Of a stretch of DNA of 64,000 bases, positions 9,266 through 18,439 are shown piece after piece. Numbering within the stretch: position 1 is the stretch's first letter; each line of letters opens with the position of its first letter. This stretch comes from Sunxiuqinia sp. (lineage in GTDB: Bacteria > Bacteroidota > Bacteroidia > Bacteroidales > Prolixibacteraceae), in NCBI GenBank assembly GCA_037446835.1, contig JBBIHV010000004.1:832-64831 (forward strand), in the 5' to 3' direction. Both the position numbers and the translations under genes were made by a program. Below the pieces are notes generated by a model. The model saw only the letters and a program-made list of their open reading frames with translations, was not told the DNA's origin and did not search any database.

Positions 9266-10984
9266 CTAATGAAAAAGAAGTGCTTTGCCCGGATTAACCC
9301 CATTTTCATTAAACGCATCAATTTCAAACCAATAGGTCTTGTATTTATCAGGGCAATGAATTGTTATCCGGTTTTTTTTAAACACCTGATAACTGTGGTA
9401 TAATTTATCTTTGTCGGTACCATACCGGATATTGTACCCGTTGGTATTTTCCTGTTTTTCCCAGAACAATTTGATTATTTGGGCATTGTGGTAATCTCTT
9501 CCTGCGCGAAACGTATTCACTTTTTTCGGTTTCCGATTGGCTCCAAACCCAAAAATCCTGAATTCAGAAATGGCAAAAGTGCCTTGAGGTACATGATAAT
9601 TGGTGATTTTTACATATTCGGCCTGAACCGGAATTTTTAGCGCTTCGTATGGATTGGCCTGGTATTCGGTGTTGGAGGTTTTATCGCTCAATGTTTGCCA
9701 ATTCTTTTTATCAATGGAATATTGAACCAGATATTGCCAGGCAAATACACCATCGCTCCCCTTGATTTGTGCTTTATTTTCAGCAAAATTGAGTTGAAAA
9801 GCATTAATGGTGCAAACCGATCCCAAATCAACGCTCAACCATTCACCCTTTTCACCGGATTTAGCGCTCCAGTAGGTTCCACTATTTTCATCAAACGCAA
9901 AACGGACCGGGCCTGTAGCCAGATTCGAAGATGCCTCGGCTGTTTTGTTATCAGAAAGTAGCGCCCATTCCGGATCAAGTTTACTTAAATTGGTGTATTT
10001 CTGGCTTGGCATAATGATCGGATAATCGCCAAAATCGGTTTTGGCAAACAAATTCCCATCGTTATCAAAACCAGCGGGGAAAAGCCCCAGACCCGATTGA
10101 GAATCACGGTTCCCGGGAGCTGTAACGGTTGCAATGTGCCACCAATTTCCATATTTATCAGTAAAAGTCGATCCATTTCCGGCGCCGCAAACAAACCCAT
10201 CGGGCCGGTATGAAAACGGATTATTGGCAGCATAGGTAAATGGCCCTACCGGACTGTCGGAAACATAAACAACATCGCTATAAATCCCCAAATCACCGTT
10301 TTGTTCCGAACATTGATAATAGTATTTTCCATTGTATTTATTCATCCACGAACCTTTTACTTCCGGGCTGCTGATTTTTGAAGAATTAGATTTGTTTGTT
10401 TTGTGTGTTTTATCCAACGGATTTGCCTTGCGGCAGACCATCGGGGTTCCTATGGGATTGAGAAAATTCTTCGGATCCAATTCACGTGCCATTACTCCAT
10501 CGTTATTTGAACATCCGTAGTAGCAATAAACACGGCCATCGGTATCAGCAAAAACCGAAAAATCGCTGATCAGTGAAAGCAGGATCGATCTGCTGTTATA
10601 CACTTCCCACTTTCCACCGGCTGGATTATTTGACCTGAATATCGTATCGTTTTGCGAGGTAAAGAAATAGAGCCAGTCACCAATTACGGTGGCTGTTGGC
10701 GATAGATTTTCCAAAGGCAGATCATTGGTCGTTACATATTTCCAGGAGAGTAAATCGCTTGAATACCAATATCCTCCGGCATTCGAAGCAAATAAAAAAT
10801 AGTTGTCTTTGTACAGCACAACAGTGGGATCGGAAATATTACGACCCGATGCATGATCCGGATTTAATCCATAACTTAAGTTCATCGGATTGCAGTAGGT
10901 TTGACCGGTGACTGTTTTTACCTGAATCCCAAAGACAAAGGTTAGAATGAATACAATGAATGCGAGTGCCTTTTTAATGTTCAT
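9266..10984 (-). CDS. GH43-family glycoside hydrolase with F5/8 type C (discoidin) and FN3-like domains; catalytic acid apparently substituted
   Basis: TYCNPMN, SDPTVV, GAGNGSTFTDKYGNWWH, DFGDYP; C-terminal WLSVDLG discoidin. Confidence 0.85.
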   Translation of the reverse strand: MNIKKALAFIVFILTFVFGIQVKTVTGQTYCNPMNLSYGLNPDHASGRNISDPTVVLYKDNYFLFASNAGGYWYSSDLLSWKYVTTNDLPLENLSPTATVIGDWLYFFTSQNDTIFRSNNPAGGKWEVYNSRSILLSLISDFSVFADTDGRVYCYYGCSNNDGVMARELDPKNFLNPIGTPMVCRKANPLDKTHKTNKSNSSKISSPEVKGSWMNKYNGKYYYQCSEQNGDLGIYSDVVYVSDSPVGPFTYAANNPFSYRPDGFVCGAGNGSTFTDKYGNWWHIATVTAPGNRDSQSGLGLFPAGFDNDGNLFAKTDFGDYPIIMPSQKYTNLSKLDPEWALLSDNKTAEASSNLATGPVRFAFDENSGTYWSAKSGEKGEWLSVDLGSVCTINAFQLNFAENKAQIKGSDGVFAWQYLVQYSIDKKNWQTLSDKTSNTEYQANPYEALKIPVQAEYVKITNYHVPQGTFAISEFRIFGFGANRKPKKVNTFRAGRDYHNAQIIKLFWEKQENTNGYNIRYGTDKDKLYHSYQVFKKNRITIHCPDKYKTYWFEIDAFNENGVNPGKALLFH

Positions 10985-11010
10985 TCAGCAAGTTATCAAT
11001 TTTTTCAAGA

Positions 11011-12243
11011 TTATTCTGCACCAAGCGCCTGTTCCATATCTTCTATCAAGTCTTCAGCACCTTCAATTCCTACTGAAAGGCGCATCATCGTTGAACGGAT
11101 GCCCATTTTCAAACGTTCGGCTTCCGGAAATTCAGCATAAATGGTCGAATACGGATGAATGATCAGCGATTTGTTGTCGTTCAGGTTGGTGGCGCGGCGA
11201 ATAATCTTCAGCCGGTTCATAAACCTGAAACATTCGTCCTGACTTTCCAAATCGAAAGTCATCACCGTTCCTGGAACTCCGCCAAACTGTTTTAAGGCCA
11301 ACTCATAAAATTCAGAATCCTTCAAGCCCGGATAATCCACGCGCGTCACTTTCGGATTCTGCTGAAAGAATTCGCCCAGCTTCAGGCAATTCTGATAGCA
11401 ACGTTCAACCCGAAGTTCCAGAATGTCGAGCCCGGCAATCATGTAATTGGCCGTGTGGGCAGTCATGGGCATCCCAAAATTCCGGTAATAATTCTTCCGG
11501 AGACGGGCAATGAAAGCGTCTTTGCCGAATTTTCCGGAGAATTTCAGACAGTTCGGATTTTTACTCCAATCGTACAAACCATTGTCGATGATCACTCCGC
11601 CAAACGAAGTGGCACCACCTGAAATAAATTTCGTTGCCGACATCACTTCCACATGAACGCCCAGCGACTTCGAACTAAAAACCGATGGAGGCGTAATGGT
11701 AGAATCGGCTATCAGCAAAATGTTGTGCTTGTTTGCAATTTCGGCCAACCGGCTGATGTCGGCAATTTCGAGTTGCGGGTTGGTCACCGTTTCAAAATAA
11801 ATGGCGCGGGTATTTTCATCAATCAGCGCTTCAACCAATTCGGGTTGGGTCGTGTCCACAAAACGGGTTTTCACTCCATAGGCCGAAAGACTTTGATCAA
11901 ATAAAGCCAGGGTATGTCCAAAAAGCTGGTTTCCGGAAATGATGTTGTCGCCCTGATTGCAAATAGCCAGCATGGTAGCCGAAATAGCTGCCATTCCTGA
12001 AGTCAAGGCCAAAACCTGATGTGCCCCGGTCAGAGCTTTTACTTTCTGCTCAAAATACTCAACCGTCGGGTTGCTGGTCCTGGAATAGGTATGGGCCGGA
12101 AGTTCACCCCGGAAATTCGCTGCAATATCCTCTGATGAAGCAAACTCAAACGCAACCGCTTCATAAACAGGCATGGCCAGCGCATTGTGCGGATCATTTT
12201 TAGGAAATGGAACATTGAGCGAACGGGTTGTAAAACTTTTCAT
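11011..12243 (-). CDS. PLP-dependent Cys/Met metabolism enzyme (O-acetylhomoserine sulfhydrylase-like)
   Basis: YSRTSNPT, SGMAAI, ETVTNP, PLP lysine SATKFISG, RLSVGIE; ATG 12243 preferred over the ORF-track start 12276. Confidence 0.88.
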   Translation of the reverse strand: MKSFTTRSLNVPFPKNDPHNALAMPVYEAVAFEFASSEDIAANFRGELPAHTYSRTSNPTVEYFEQKVKALTGAHQVLALTSGMAAISATMLAICNQGDNIISGNQLFGHTLALFDQSLSAYGVKTRFVDTTQPELVEALIDENTRAIYFETVTNPQLEIADISRLAEIANKHNILLIADSTITPPSVFSSKSLGVHVEVMSATKFISGGATSFGGVIIDNGLYDWSKNPNCLKFSGKFGKDAFIARLRKNYYRNFGMPMTAHTANYMIAGLDILELRVERCYQNCLKLGEFFQQNPKVTRVDYPGLKDSEFYELALKQFGGVPGTVMTFDLESQDECFRFMNRLKIIRRATNLNDNKSLIIHPYSTIYAEFPEAERLKMGIRSTMMRLSVGIEGAEDLIEDMEQALGAE

Positions 12244-12481
12244 GGGAATGTTTTTTTTTAGATCGATCTCTTCCAAACAGATTGAACCGCGTCTGGTTTT
12301 TTTCCGGTGGTAAAATTGGCAAATAATTCAGAAAAAGCGCTCCCGATCCAATTTCAAATTTATCAGGCCATCGAAACCATGCAATATTTTTATCTTTGAC
12401 GACCGGAGAAACGAAAAAACGGGGATTGGAGATTGCGTGAAATCCGGCAATAGCTTTTTGCCTTTTAACTTTTGTTTTCAC

Positions 12482-13135
12482 ATGAAGATACTTTTGTATT
12501 TATTTTTAATCGGGATTCCACTGACAGGATTTTCGCAAAACACGACCGAGAAAATCGCCTTGATGAAATACAGCGGAGGAGGCGACTGGTACTGCGACCC
12601 CACGGCCCTGCCCAACCTCATCGCCTTTTGCAACGACAACCTGAAAACCAACATCGATCCCGAGCCTGGAACGGTTGAACCCGGAAGCCCCGACCTGTTC
12701 AATTACAGTTATGTGGAACTTACCGGACATGGCAATGTATATTTTTCGGAATCGGATGCCGCAAACCTGCGAAAATACCTGGAAGGCGGCGGATTCCTGC
12801 ACATCGACGATTGTTTTGGGTTAAACGTATTCATCAGGCGCGAAATGAAAAAAGTTTTTCCTGAACTCGATTTCATCGAATTGCCGTTCCAACATCCGAT
12901 TTATTCGCAAAAATATCGCTTCCCCGACGGCTTGCCGAAAGTTCATGAACACGACGGCAAAGCAGCGCAAGGGTTTGGGCTCATTTACAAAGGCCGTCTG
13001 GTTTGTTTTTACAGTTTCGATACCGATTTGGGCGATGGCTGGGAAGACCGTTCGGTTCATCACGATCCGGAAGATATTCGTCAAAAAGCCTTGCAGATGG
13101 GCGCGAACATCATTTCCTACGTGTTCAATCAGTAA
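12482..13135 (+). CDS. DUF4159 domain protein, exported
   Basis: Signal peptide; KYSGGGDWY, GGFLHIDDC, DLGDGWED; ATG 12482 preferred. Confidence 0.85.
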   Translation: MKILLYLFLIGIPLTGFSQNTTEKIALMKYSGGGDWYCDPTALPNLIAFCNDNLKTNIDPEPGTVEPGSPDLFNYSYVELTGHGNVYFSESDAANLRKYLEGGGFLHIDDCFGLNVFIRREMKKVFPELDFIELPFQHPIYSQKYRFPDGLPKVHEHDGKAAQGFGLIYKGRLVCFYSFDTDLGDGWEDRSVHHDPEDIRQKALQMGANIISYVFNQ

Positions 13136-13204
13136 TTCAGGGAAAGGCAAAACGCAAATTTTTGATTGTTCTATATTGAAATAAATAGTGGAATTTTTGT
13201 TTAT

Positions 13205-13231
13205 TCCTCCCCCTGGGGGAGATTAGGAGGG
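13205..13231. repeat. Short G/C-rich REP-like palindrome
   Basis: CTCCCCC-T-GGGGGAG hairpin followed by ATTAGGAGGG, just upstream of the flavodoxin ATG. Confidence 0.4.
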
Positions 13232-13239
13232 ACTTTTTC

Positions 13240-13812
13240 ATGAAAGTTATCGGCGTTAACGGAAGTCCGCGAAAGGGCGGCAACACAGAAATCCTGATCA
13301 AAACCGTTTTTCAGGAACTGGAAAAGGAAGGCATTGAAACTGAGATCCTGCAACTCGGCGGGAAATTGGTACATGGCTGCACCGCCTGTATGAAATGCCG
13401 CGAAATTCAGGATGGCAGGTGCCACATTAAAAACGACCGGATCAACGAAATCATCGCAAAAATGACGGAGGCCGACGGGATTATTCTTGGTTCGCCGGTG
13501 TATTTTGCCGACATTACTCCTGAAATGAAAGCCCTGATTGATGTAGCCGGATATGTGGCCCGTGGAAACGGACATTTGCTCCGCCGGAAAATTGGGGCCG
13601 CGGTTCTCGTCGAGCGGCGCGGCGGCGCTTTGCATGCTTTTGAAACCATCAACAATTTTTTCCTGATCAACCAGATGATCATTCCCGGATCGAGTTACTG
13701 GAACTTTGCCTTTGGCGCCAAACCCGGCGATGTTTTAAACGACGCAGAAGGTATTCAAACCATGAAAACGCTGGGCGAAAATATGGCCTGGGTCATGAAA
13801 AGACTGGGATAA
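13240..13812 (+). CDS. Flavodoxin-family / iron-sulfur flavoprotein (NADPH-dependent FMN reductase family)
   Basis: NGSPRKGGNT, CTACMKC...C cluster motif, GSPVYF. Confidence 0.9.
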   Translation: MKVIGVNGSPRKGGNTEILIKTVFQELEKEGIETEILQLGGKLVHGCTACMKCREIQDGRCHIKNDRINEIIAKMTEADGIILGSPVYFADITPEMKALIDVAGYVARGNGHLLRRKIGAAVLVERRGGALHAFETINNFFLINQMIIPGSSYWNFAFGAKPGDVLNDAEGIQTMKTLGENMAWVMKRLG

Positions 13813-13898
13813 GAAATTTTACAGCCCGATTATCTTCGATCCGGCTCTTGTCGGAAAGACGGCACACCGGTTCAAGCCAGAATGAAAAACAAGGAACT

Positions 13899-14702
13899 TT
13901 ACAAACCCTCCTTTAGCTTTTCTTTCAGCAGATAGAATCCGGCGCTATCCGGAATTGCACCTTTAAGGTCTTTATATTCACCGATGCGTTCCATCATTAT
14001 TTCGGCCCGTTCTTTCGATTCGGGATGGCTGCTGATCCAGTAAATCTGATGCGGAATGTTTTTGGTTTCATCTGAAAGCCGGTACAGGAAATTGGCAAAA
14101 GGTTCGGGATTAATGCCGGCTCTAATGAGGTAATCTACCGCTGTAAGGTCTGCTTCGGTTTCCAGCTTCCGGTCGTAAGCGCTCGACGACAATTGTTTGA
14201 GCACCGACTTCACCGTTTCAGAATTTCCATTTCCGGTAGAAATAGAAATCAGGACTGATAATCCGACTTCTTTAACCAGCTTATTCATCACATGGTTTTT
14301 CTCGATGTGCGCCAGTTCGTGGCACAAAACTCCGTACAATTCGGCTTCATTTTCACAGGCGGCGATTAATCCGGAATAAACCACCAAATGCTGGTTTGGC
14401 AAGGCAAACGCGTTGATTTCGTCTTTGCGCAGGATGTGCAATTTGATCTTGCTCCGGTCGATCGAGTTCTTTTCACAAATCCGGGTAAGCATCGAATCAA
14501 CCGGAGCCACCACCGACGGTGCAGTAATTTCAGTTTCCGATTTTTTAAGCAGATCCCAAAACAGGTCTCCTATTTTCACTTCGGTATTTTGTGTTGTTTG
14601 CCTGATGTTTAAGCGGCTCATCCAGTCAACCCGAGACAAGCCGAACCACACCACAGCAATTACCGATACCGTTATGACAAGCTCGAACAGAATTTTCTTC
14701 AT
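13899..14702 (-). CDS. M48-family zinc metalloprotease, membrane anchored
   Basis: INAFALP, HELAH (HExxH), ETEAD, SSHP; start ATG 14702 overlaps the upstream stop (TGATG). Confidence 0.92.
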   Translation of the reverse strand: MKKILFELVITVSVIAVVWFGLSRVDWMSRLNIRQTTQNTEVKIGDLFWDLLKKSETEITAPSVVAPVDSMLTRICEKNSIDRSKIKLHILRKDEINAFALPNQHLVVYSGLIAACENEAELYGVLCHELAHIEKNHVMNKLVKEVGLSVLISISTGNGNSETVKSVLKQLSSSAYDRKLETEADLTAVDYLIRAGINPEPFANFLYRLSDETKNIPHQIYWISSHPESKERAEIMMERIGEYKDLKGAIPDSAGFYLLKEKLKEGL

Positions 14703-15133
14703 CACGCTTTGCACATTAAATTGGTTAAACCGCCAATCACCCACCACTCCACGTGTTTGCCCTTGCGAGTGGCAATGGCCGTATAAATTGTCCCGACAAA
14801 CTCGATCAGGTTGAAAATAAAAATGGTCAGGATGTAGGCAATGTACTTCGAACTAATTGTTTCCGGGGTAAAAACAATGGAAACCGTCCACCAGAATCCG
14901 GCGCTATTGAATGGGATCAGGAAAAATTGTGACAGCAATGCCTGCGTGCAGTGCCACCGTACAAAATAGGTTCCTTTTCGGTTTCCCAAATAAAAAAACA
15001 GGGTGGCAATCAGGTTGATAATCGGCATGGGCAGTCCGCCCATAATGGCAACCATCGACATGACATAGCTATTCGACGCTTTCTCGGCCTCATGGTCGTC
15101 GGGTTCATACTGAAATTTAAGCGTTGCGATCAT
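14702..15133 (-). CDS. DUF4870-like membrane protein
   Basis: Three hydrophobic segments, FVRWHCTQALLSQ motif. Confidence 0.75.
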   Translation of the reverse strand: MIATLKFQYEPDDHEAEKASNSYVMSMVAIMGGLPMPIINLIATLFFYLGNRKGTYFVRWHCTQALLSQFFLIPFNSAGFWWTVSIVFTPETISSKYIAYILTIFIFNLIEFVGTIYTAIATRKGKHVEWWVIGGLTNLMCKA

Positions 15134-15540
15134 AATCCTTTATAAATGTTCCAAATCCAGTTCAATATAACCAGCAAAATAGCAGGAATGGCAATCCATT
15201 TCCGTTTCAGGAAAAGCTCGGTACGTTTATAAAACCTGAATAAAGTGTCTTTTTTAAGCAGTAAATCGAAAATTAGCCATCCTGGAGTGACAAGCAGAAT
15301 GGACATGATAATTAACCCGAACGGATTCCAGTAGATCGCACCCCAAATGTCGCCGTTCAGGATGGAAAGTACTGACCTTGTTGAGCCGCATGAAGGGCAG
15401 GGTATAGTTGTGATCCGCTTAAACAGGCAAATCCCGGGTTCGCCGGAATGAACGATAACTTTGCTGTAATTAATCAGAAGCCAAATATACCCTGCGGCAC
15501 AAGCCGTTGACAATATGACATACAACTTGTTCCTGCTCAT
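15130..15540 (-). CDS. DUF2752 membrane protein
   Basis: CLFKRITTIPCPSCGSTRS, WNPFG; start re-assigned to ATG 15540, 5 nt after the TM2 stop. Confidence 0.88.
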   Translation of the reverse strand: MSRNKLYVILSTACAAGYIWLLINYSKVIVHSGEPGICLFKRITTIPCPSCGSTRSVLSILNGDIWGAIYWNPFGLIIMSILLVTPGWLIFDLLLKKDTLFRFYKRTELFLKRKWIAIPAILLVILNWIWNIYKGL

Positions 15541-15545
15541 TGAAC

Positions 15546-15884
15546 CTAATAGACGAGTTGCTGTATTTTCTGCATATTTTTTTCGCGGGTCACGCCCATG
15601 ATAAGAAACCAATCGATAATAGTCCAGATGCCCAAGCCACCGCAGGTGAGCAGTTTGGCAATTCCCAATCCGGTGTCGCCAAGAATAAAGCGGTCGATTC
15701 CGAAATGGCCGGCCAGGATTGAAACGATTAGACTAATGGTGGGATCTTTTAACTGGACGCTCGAAATCATGGCCCATCTGGAGTCATCCATTGCAATCAG
15801 CCTATCGCGGAGGCCAGCAACCTGATAGCTCTCAAAATACTTTGCATTCGTCATGATAAACATGTCAACTTTTTGTGCTTCCAT
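15546..15884 (-). CDS. TM2 domain protein
   Basis: GHFGIDRFILG...KLLTCGGLGIWTIIDWFLI. Confidence 0.92.
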   Translation of the reverse strand: MEAQKVDMFIMTNAKYFESYQVAGLRDRLIAMDDSRWAMISSVQLKDPTISLIVSILAGHFGIDRFILGDTGLGIAKLLTCGGLGIWTIIDWFLIMGVTREKNMQKIQQLVY

Positions 15885-15904
15885 ACTTCACTTTTGTGTG
15901 TTTT

Positions 15905-15968
15905 TATCCTACTCGTCAGGCTTTTCGGTAACGCCCCGTTTTTATAGTGGTTCCTGAACTCCACGATT
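15905..15968 (-). ncRNA. Candidate cis-regulatory leader RNA upstream of the TM2 operon
   Basis: Minus strand GAAUCGUGGAGUUCAGGAACCAC-UAUAAAAA-CGGGGCGUUACCG-AAAAG-CCUGACGAGUAGG: three short stems in an AT-rich leader; identity not verified. Confidence 0.45.
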
Positions 15969-16174
15969 CTGTTAAATTATAACTATTTTCATCAAAAAAC
16001 AAAATTTTAAAACCAATTGAGTTGCAAAATCTCAGGCAAAAAATTCTGTTTTTATAAAAAAAACAGGAAAGTACCGTTTACTTGCACTTTCCTGAATTAG
16101 CTTTTCATAAATCGGAAAGAAATTCAACATCAATTGTTGCTGATTTTTTGGGATTCAGCCACTGGGCTGGATTA

Positions 16175-16834
16175 TTATTTTTGTTTTTTAAGCTTATTAT
16201 TTTTGTTTTTTAACTTTTTCAAAGCCTTTAGCAGCTTGTTTTTCAGGTCTTTGAGCTTACTTTTTTTCACCTCTTTCTTTTTCGCTTTTTTAACCTGCTT
16301 TTTAAGTTTCACAACCTTTGCTTCAGCTTTTTTGGCATTCTTCTTATCCGAATCAGGTTTTTTGTCCTTTTTCTTTTTGACTGTTTCTTTTCCGCTGTCC
16401 AAGTCCAACCCGGACTGAATGATTTGTTCTCCTTCAGATTTTTCGTTTTCGGCTGATTCCGAATTTTCTTTTCTCGGAGGGTTTTTCCTGACCTTTTTCC
16501 GTGTCGATTTTATTTCTTTTTTATTGTCATCATCAATCGTTTCAATTTCATTTACGTCCACCGATCCGCTTTCTAACCCTGGATGGGAAACCCCTTCAGC
16601 AATACTTTTATTACCGGCTGATTTTGCGTCCGGGGTATTGGTTTTTGGTACAGTTTTGTGCGATGATTTTCTTTTCGGCCTAGACAAGTTTTGTTTATGA
16701 ACGATTTCAGAAACTGGCAATCCAGTAACAGTTGCTAGCGGTTGTTCAGTGTCCAGATCAGCAGGTTCCGTTTTCAAATCATTCTGATTATCAACTAAAT
16801 GATCTTCATCAATTTTATTGTTTAAATCTTTCAT
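16175..16834 (-). CDS. Hypothetical low-complexity protein: acidic/disordered N-half, Lys-rich C-terminus
   Basis: 219 aa open frame; C-terminal 70 aa dominated by Lys. Confidence 0.65.
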   Translation of the reverse strand: MKDLNNKIDEDHLVDNQNDLKTEPADLDTEQPLATVTGLPVSEIVHKQNLSRPKRKSSHKTVPKTNTPDAKSAGNKSIAEGVSHPGLESGSVDVNEIETIDDDNKKEIKSTRKKVRKNPPRKENSESAENEKSEGEQIIQSGLDLDSGKETVKKKKDKKPDSDKKNAKKAEAKVVKLKKQVKKAKKKEVKKSKLKDLKNKLLKALKKLKNKNNKLKKQK

Positions 16835-17072
16835 GTTATTCTCTTTTAGAAGTTTTAACTAAGTTAGTGTTTAAAAAATTAAAAATCAATATGCTGAAGG
16901 TGAATAAAAATTAAATCTCAAAAATCAGGTACCTGTTTTTCGGAAACAGGGAGAAAACAAATTAGTCCTTTCGGTTTCATTAACTACAATTTTAATCTGT
17001 TTTGGTTATAATTTGTCACTTTAATTCGAAATTTAATTTTAGATCGTTATTTTTACGCCAAATTTTTAAAAT

Positions 17073-17381
17073 ATGAAGGAAGCGAAAGATTGCAGCAGCA
17101 TCCAGGATATACGATTTGGGATTGATGAAATTGATTACCAGATTCTTGCATTGTTTGGCAAACGATTCGAATATGTGAAGGAGATCGTAAAATTCAAATC
17201 CGATCCCGACGGGATTGTTGCCCGGGATCGTCAATTGGCCGTTTTTGAAAAGCGCCGCGAATGGGCGCAGGAATTCGGGCTCGACCCCGACCTTTTTGAA
17301 GAAATATACAAAACACTCATCAACTGGAATGTCCAAAAAGAATTGGAGATTTTCAGCAGCAAAACAAATGCCCATATTTAA
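17073..17381 (+). CDS. AroQ-fold chorismate mutase / PchB-like isochorismate pyruvate lyase
   Basis: DCSSIQDIRFGIDEID...KRFEYVKEIVKFK...RREWAQEFGLD follows the PchB pattern. Confidence 0.8.
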   Translation: MKEAKDCSSIQDIRFGIDEIDYQILALFGKRFEYVKEIVKFKSDPDGIVARDRQLAVFEKRREWAQEFGLDPDLFEEIYKTLINWNVQKELEIFSSKTNAHI

Positions 17382-17402
17382 AAACAACATAAATATTTCA
17401 GG

Positions 17403-18353
17403 ATGTATAAAAATGATATTAAAGTAGTTGATTGCACCGTCCGCGATGGCGGCTTGATGAATAAATGGCAGTTTAGCGACGAATTTGTAAAAGGCGTTTA
17501 CGAGGCCTGCGTTGAAGCTGGTGTCGATTACATGGAAATTGGTTATCTAAGTAGCGAAAAAGCTTTCGACCGGAACGAAGTCGGCCCCTGGAAATTCTGT
17601 GCCGAGAAAGATTTGCGCCGGATCGTTGGTGCAAAGAACAACAAGCTCAAACTTTCGGCCATGGCCGATATCGGGCGTATCGATTTTGAAGACATCCCAA
17701 TGGCTGCCGACAGTTCAATTGATATGATCCGTGTGGCTTGTTATGTTCATCAAATGGACAAAGCCATTGCGCTGGCCCATCATTGCTTGGACAAAGGGTA
17801 CGAAGTAACCGTTAACCTGATGGCTGTTTCGAAAGTAAACGAACACGACCTTGACGAAGCGCTTTCGGACCTGTCCAAGTCGCGGGTACCAATTGTATAT
17901 GTAGTTGACAGTTTTGGCAGCATGTACAGCGAAAGTACCGACTATCTTCTTAAAAAATATCAGGCGGCATTACCAGGCAAAGAAATTGGGATACACGCCC
18001 ACAACAACATGCAGCTGGCCATGTCGAATACCGTTACGTCGCTCATTGGCGGCGCCACTTACCTCGATGCTACTTTGCTGGGAATGGGCCGTGGCGCAGG
18101 TAACTGCCCGATCGAGATTCTAATTGCATTCCTGAAAAACCCGAAATACAGGTTGCTCCCATTGTTGAAAGCCATTCAGGAACAAATACTTCCGTGGAAC
18201 AAAAAAATTGACTGGGGCTACCATGTTCCTTACCTGATTACCGGCGCTTTAAACGAACACCCGCGCAGCGCCATGGCTTGGATGGATTCGGAACGAAAAG
18301 ATGATTTTGTTTCGTTTATGAAAGAAATGCACGATTACGAATTACTGGAGTAA
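17403..18353 (+). CDS. DRE-TIM (HMGL-like) metalloenzyme, 4-hydroxy-2-oxovalerate aldolase-like catalytic domain
   Basis: DCTVRDGG, VVDSFGS, HAHNN, GMGRGAGN. Confidence 0.82.
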   Translation: MYKNDIKVVDCTVRDGGLMNKWQFSDEFVKGVYEACVEAGVDYMEIGYLSSEKAFDRNEVGPWKFCAEKDLRRIVGAKNNKLKLSAMADIGRIDFEDIPMAADSSIDMIRVACYVHQMDKAIALAHHCLDKGYEVTVNLMAVSKVNEHDLDEALSDLSKSRVPIVYVVDSFGSMYSESTDYLLKKYQAALPGKEIGIHAHNNMQLAMSNTVTSLIGGATYLDATLLGMGRGAGNCPIEILIAFLKNPKYRLLPLLKAIQEQILPWNKKIDWGYHVPYLITGALNEHPRSAMAWMDSERKDDFVSFMKEMHDYELLE

Positions 18354-18372
18354 AATCCTTCAAAATTAGCAT

Positions 18373-18403
18373 AAAAAAAAGAGGACCAGAATCCTCTTTT
18401 TTT
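18373..18403. terminator. Bidirectional intrinsic terminator
   Basis: A8-GAGGA-CCAGAA-TCCTC-T7 between convergent genes. Confidence 0.8.
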
Positions 18404-18439
18404 ATGACTTATAAATCGAAATTCATGACTGTTGGCAGA

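Noticed and set aside
11011-12243. MetY-like enzyme as part of a sulfur-carrier pathway tied to Mo cofactor synthesis
   Set aside because: No thiS/moaD, thiF/moeB or JAMM genes in the window, and it is 10 kb from the mod locus.
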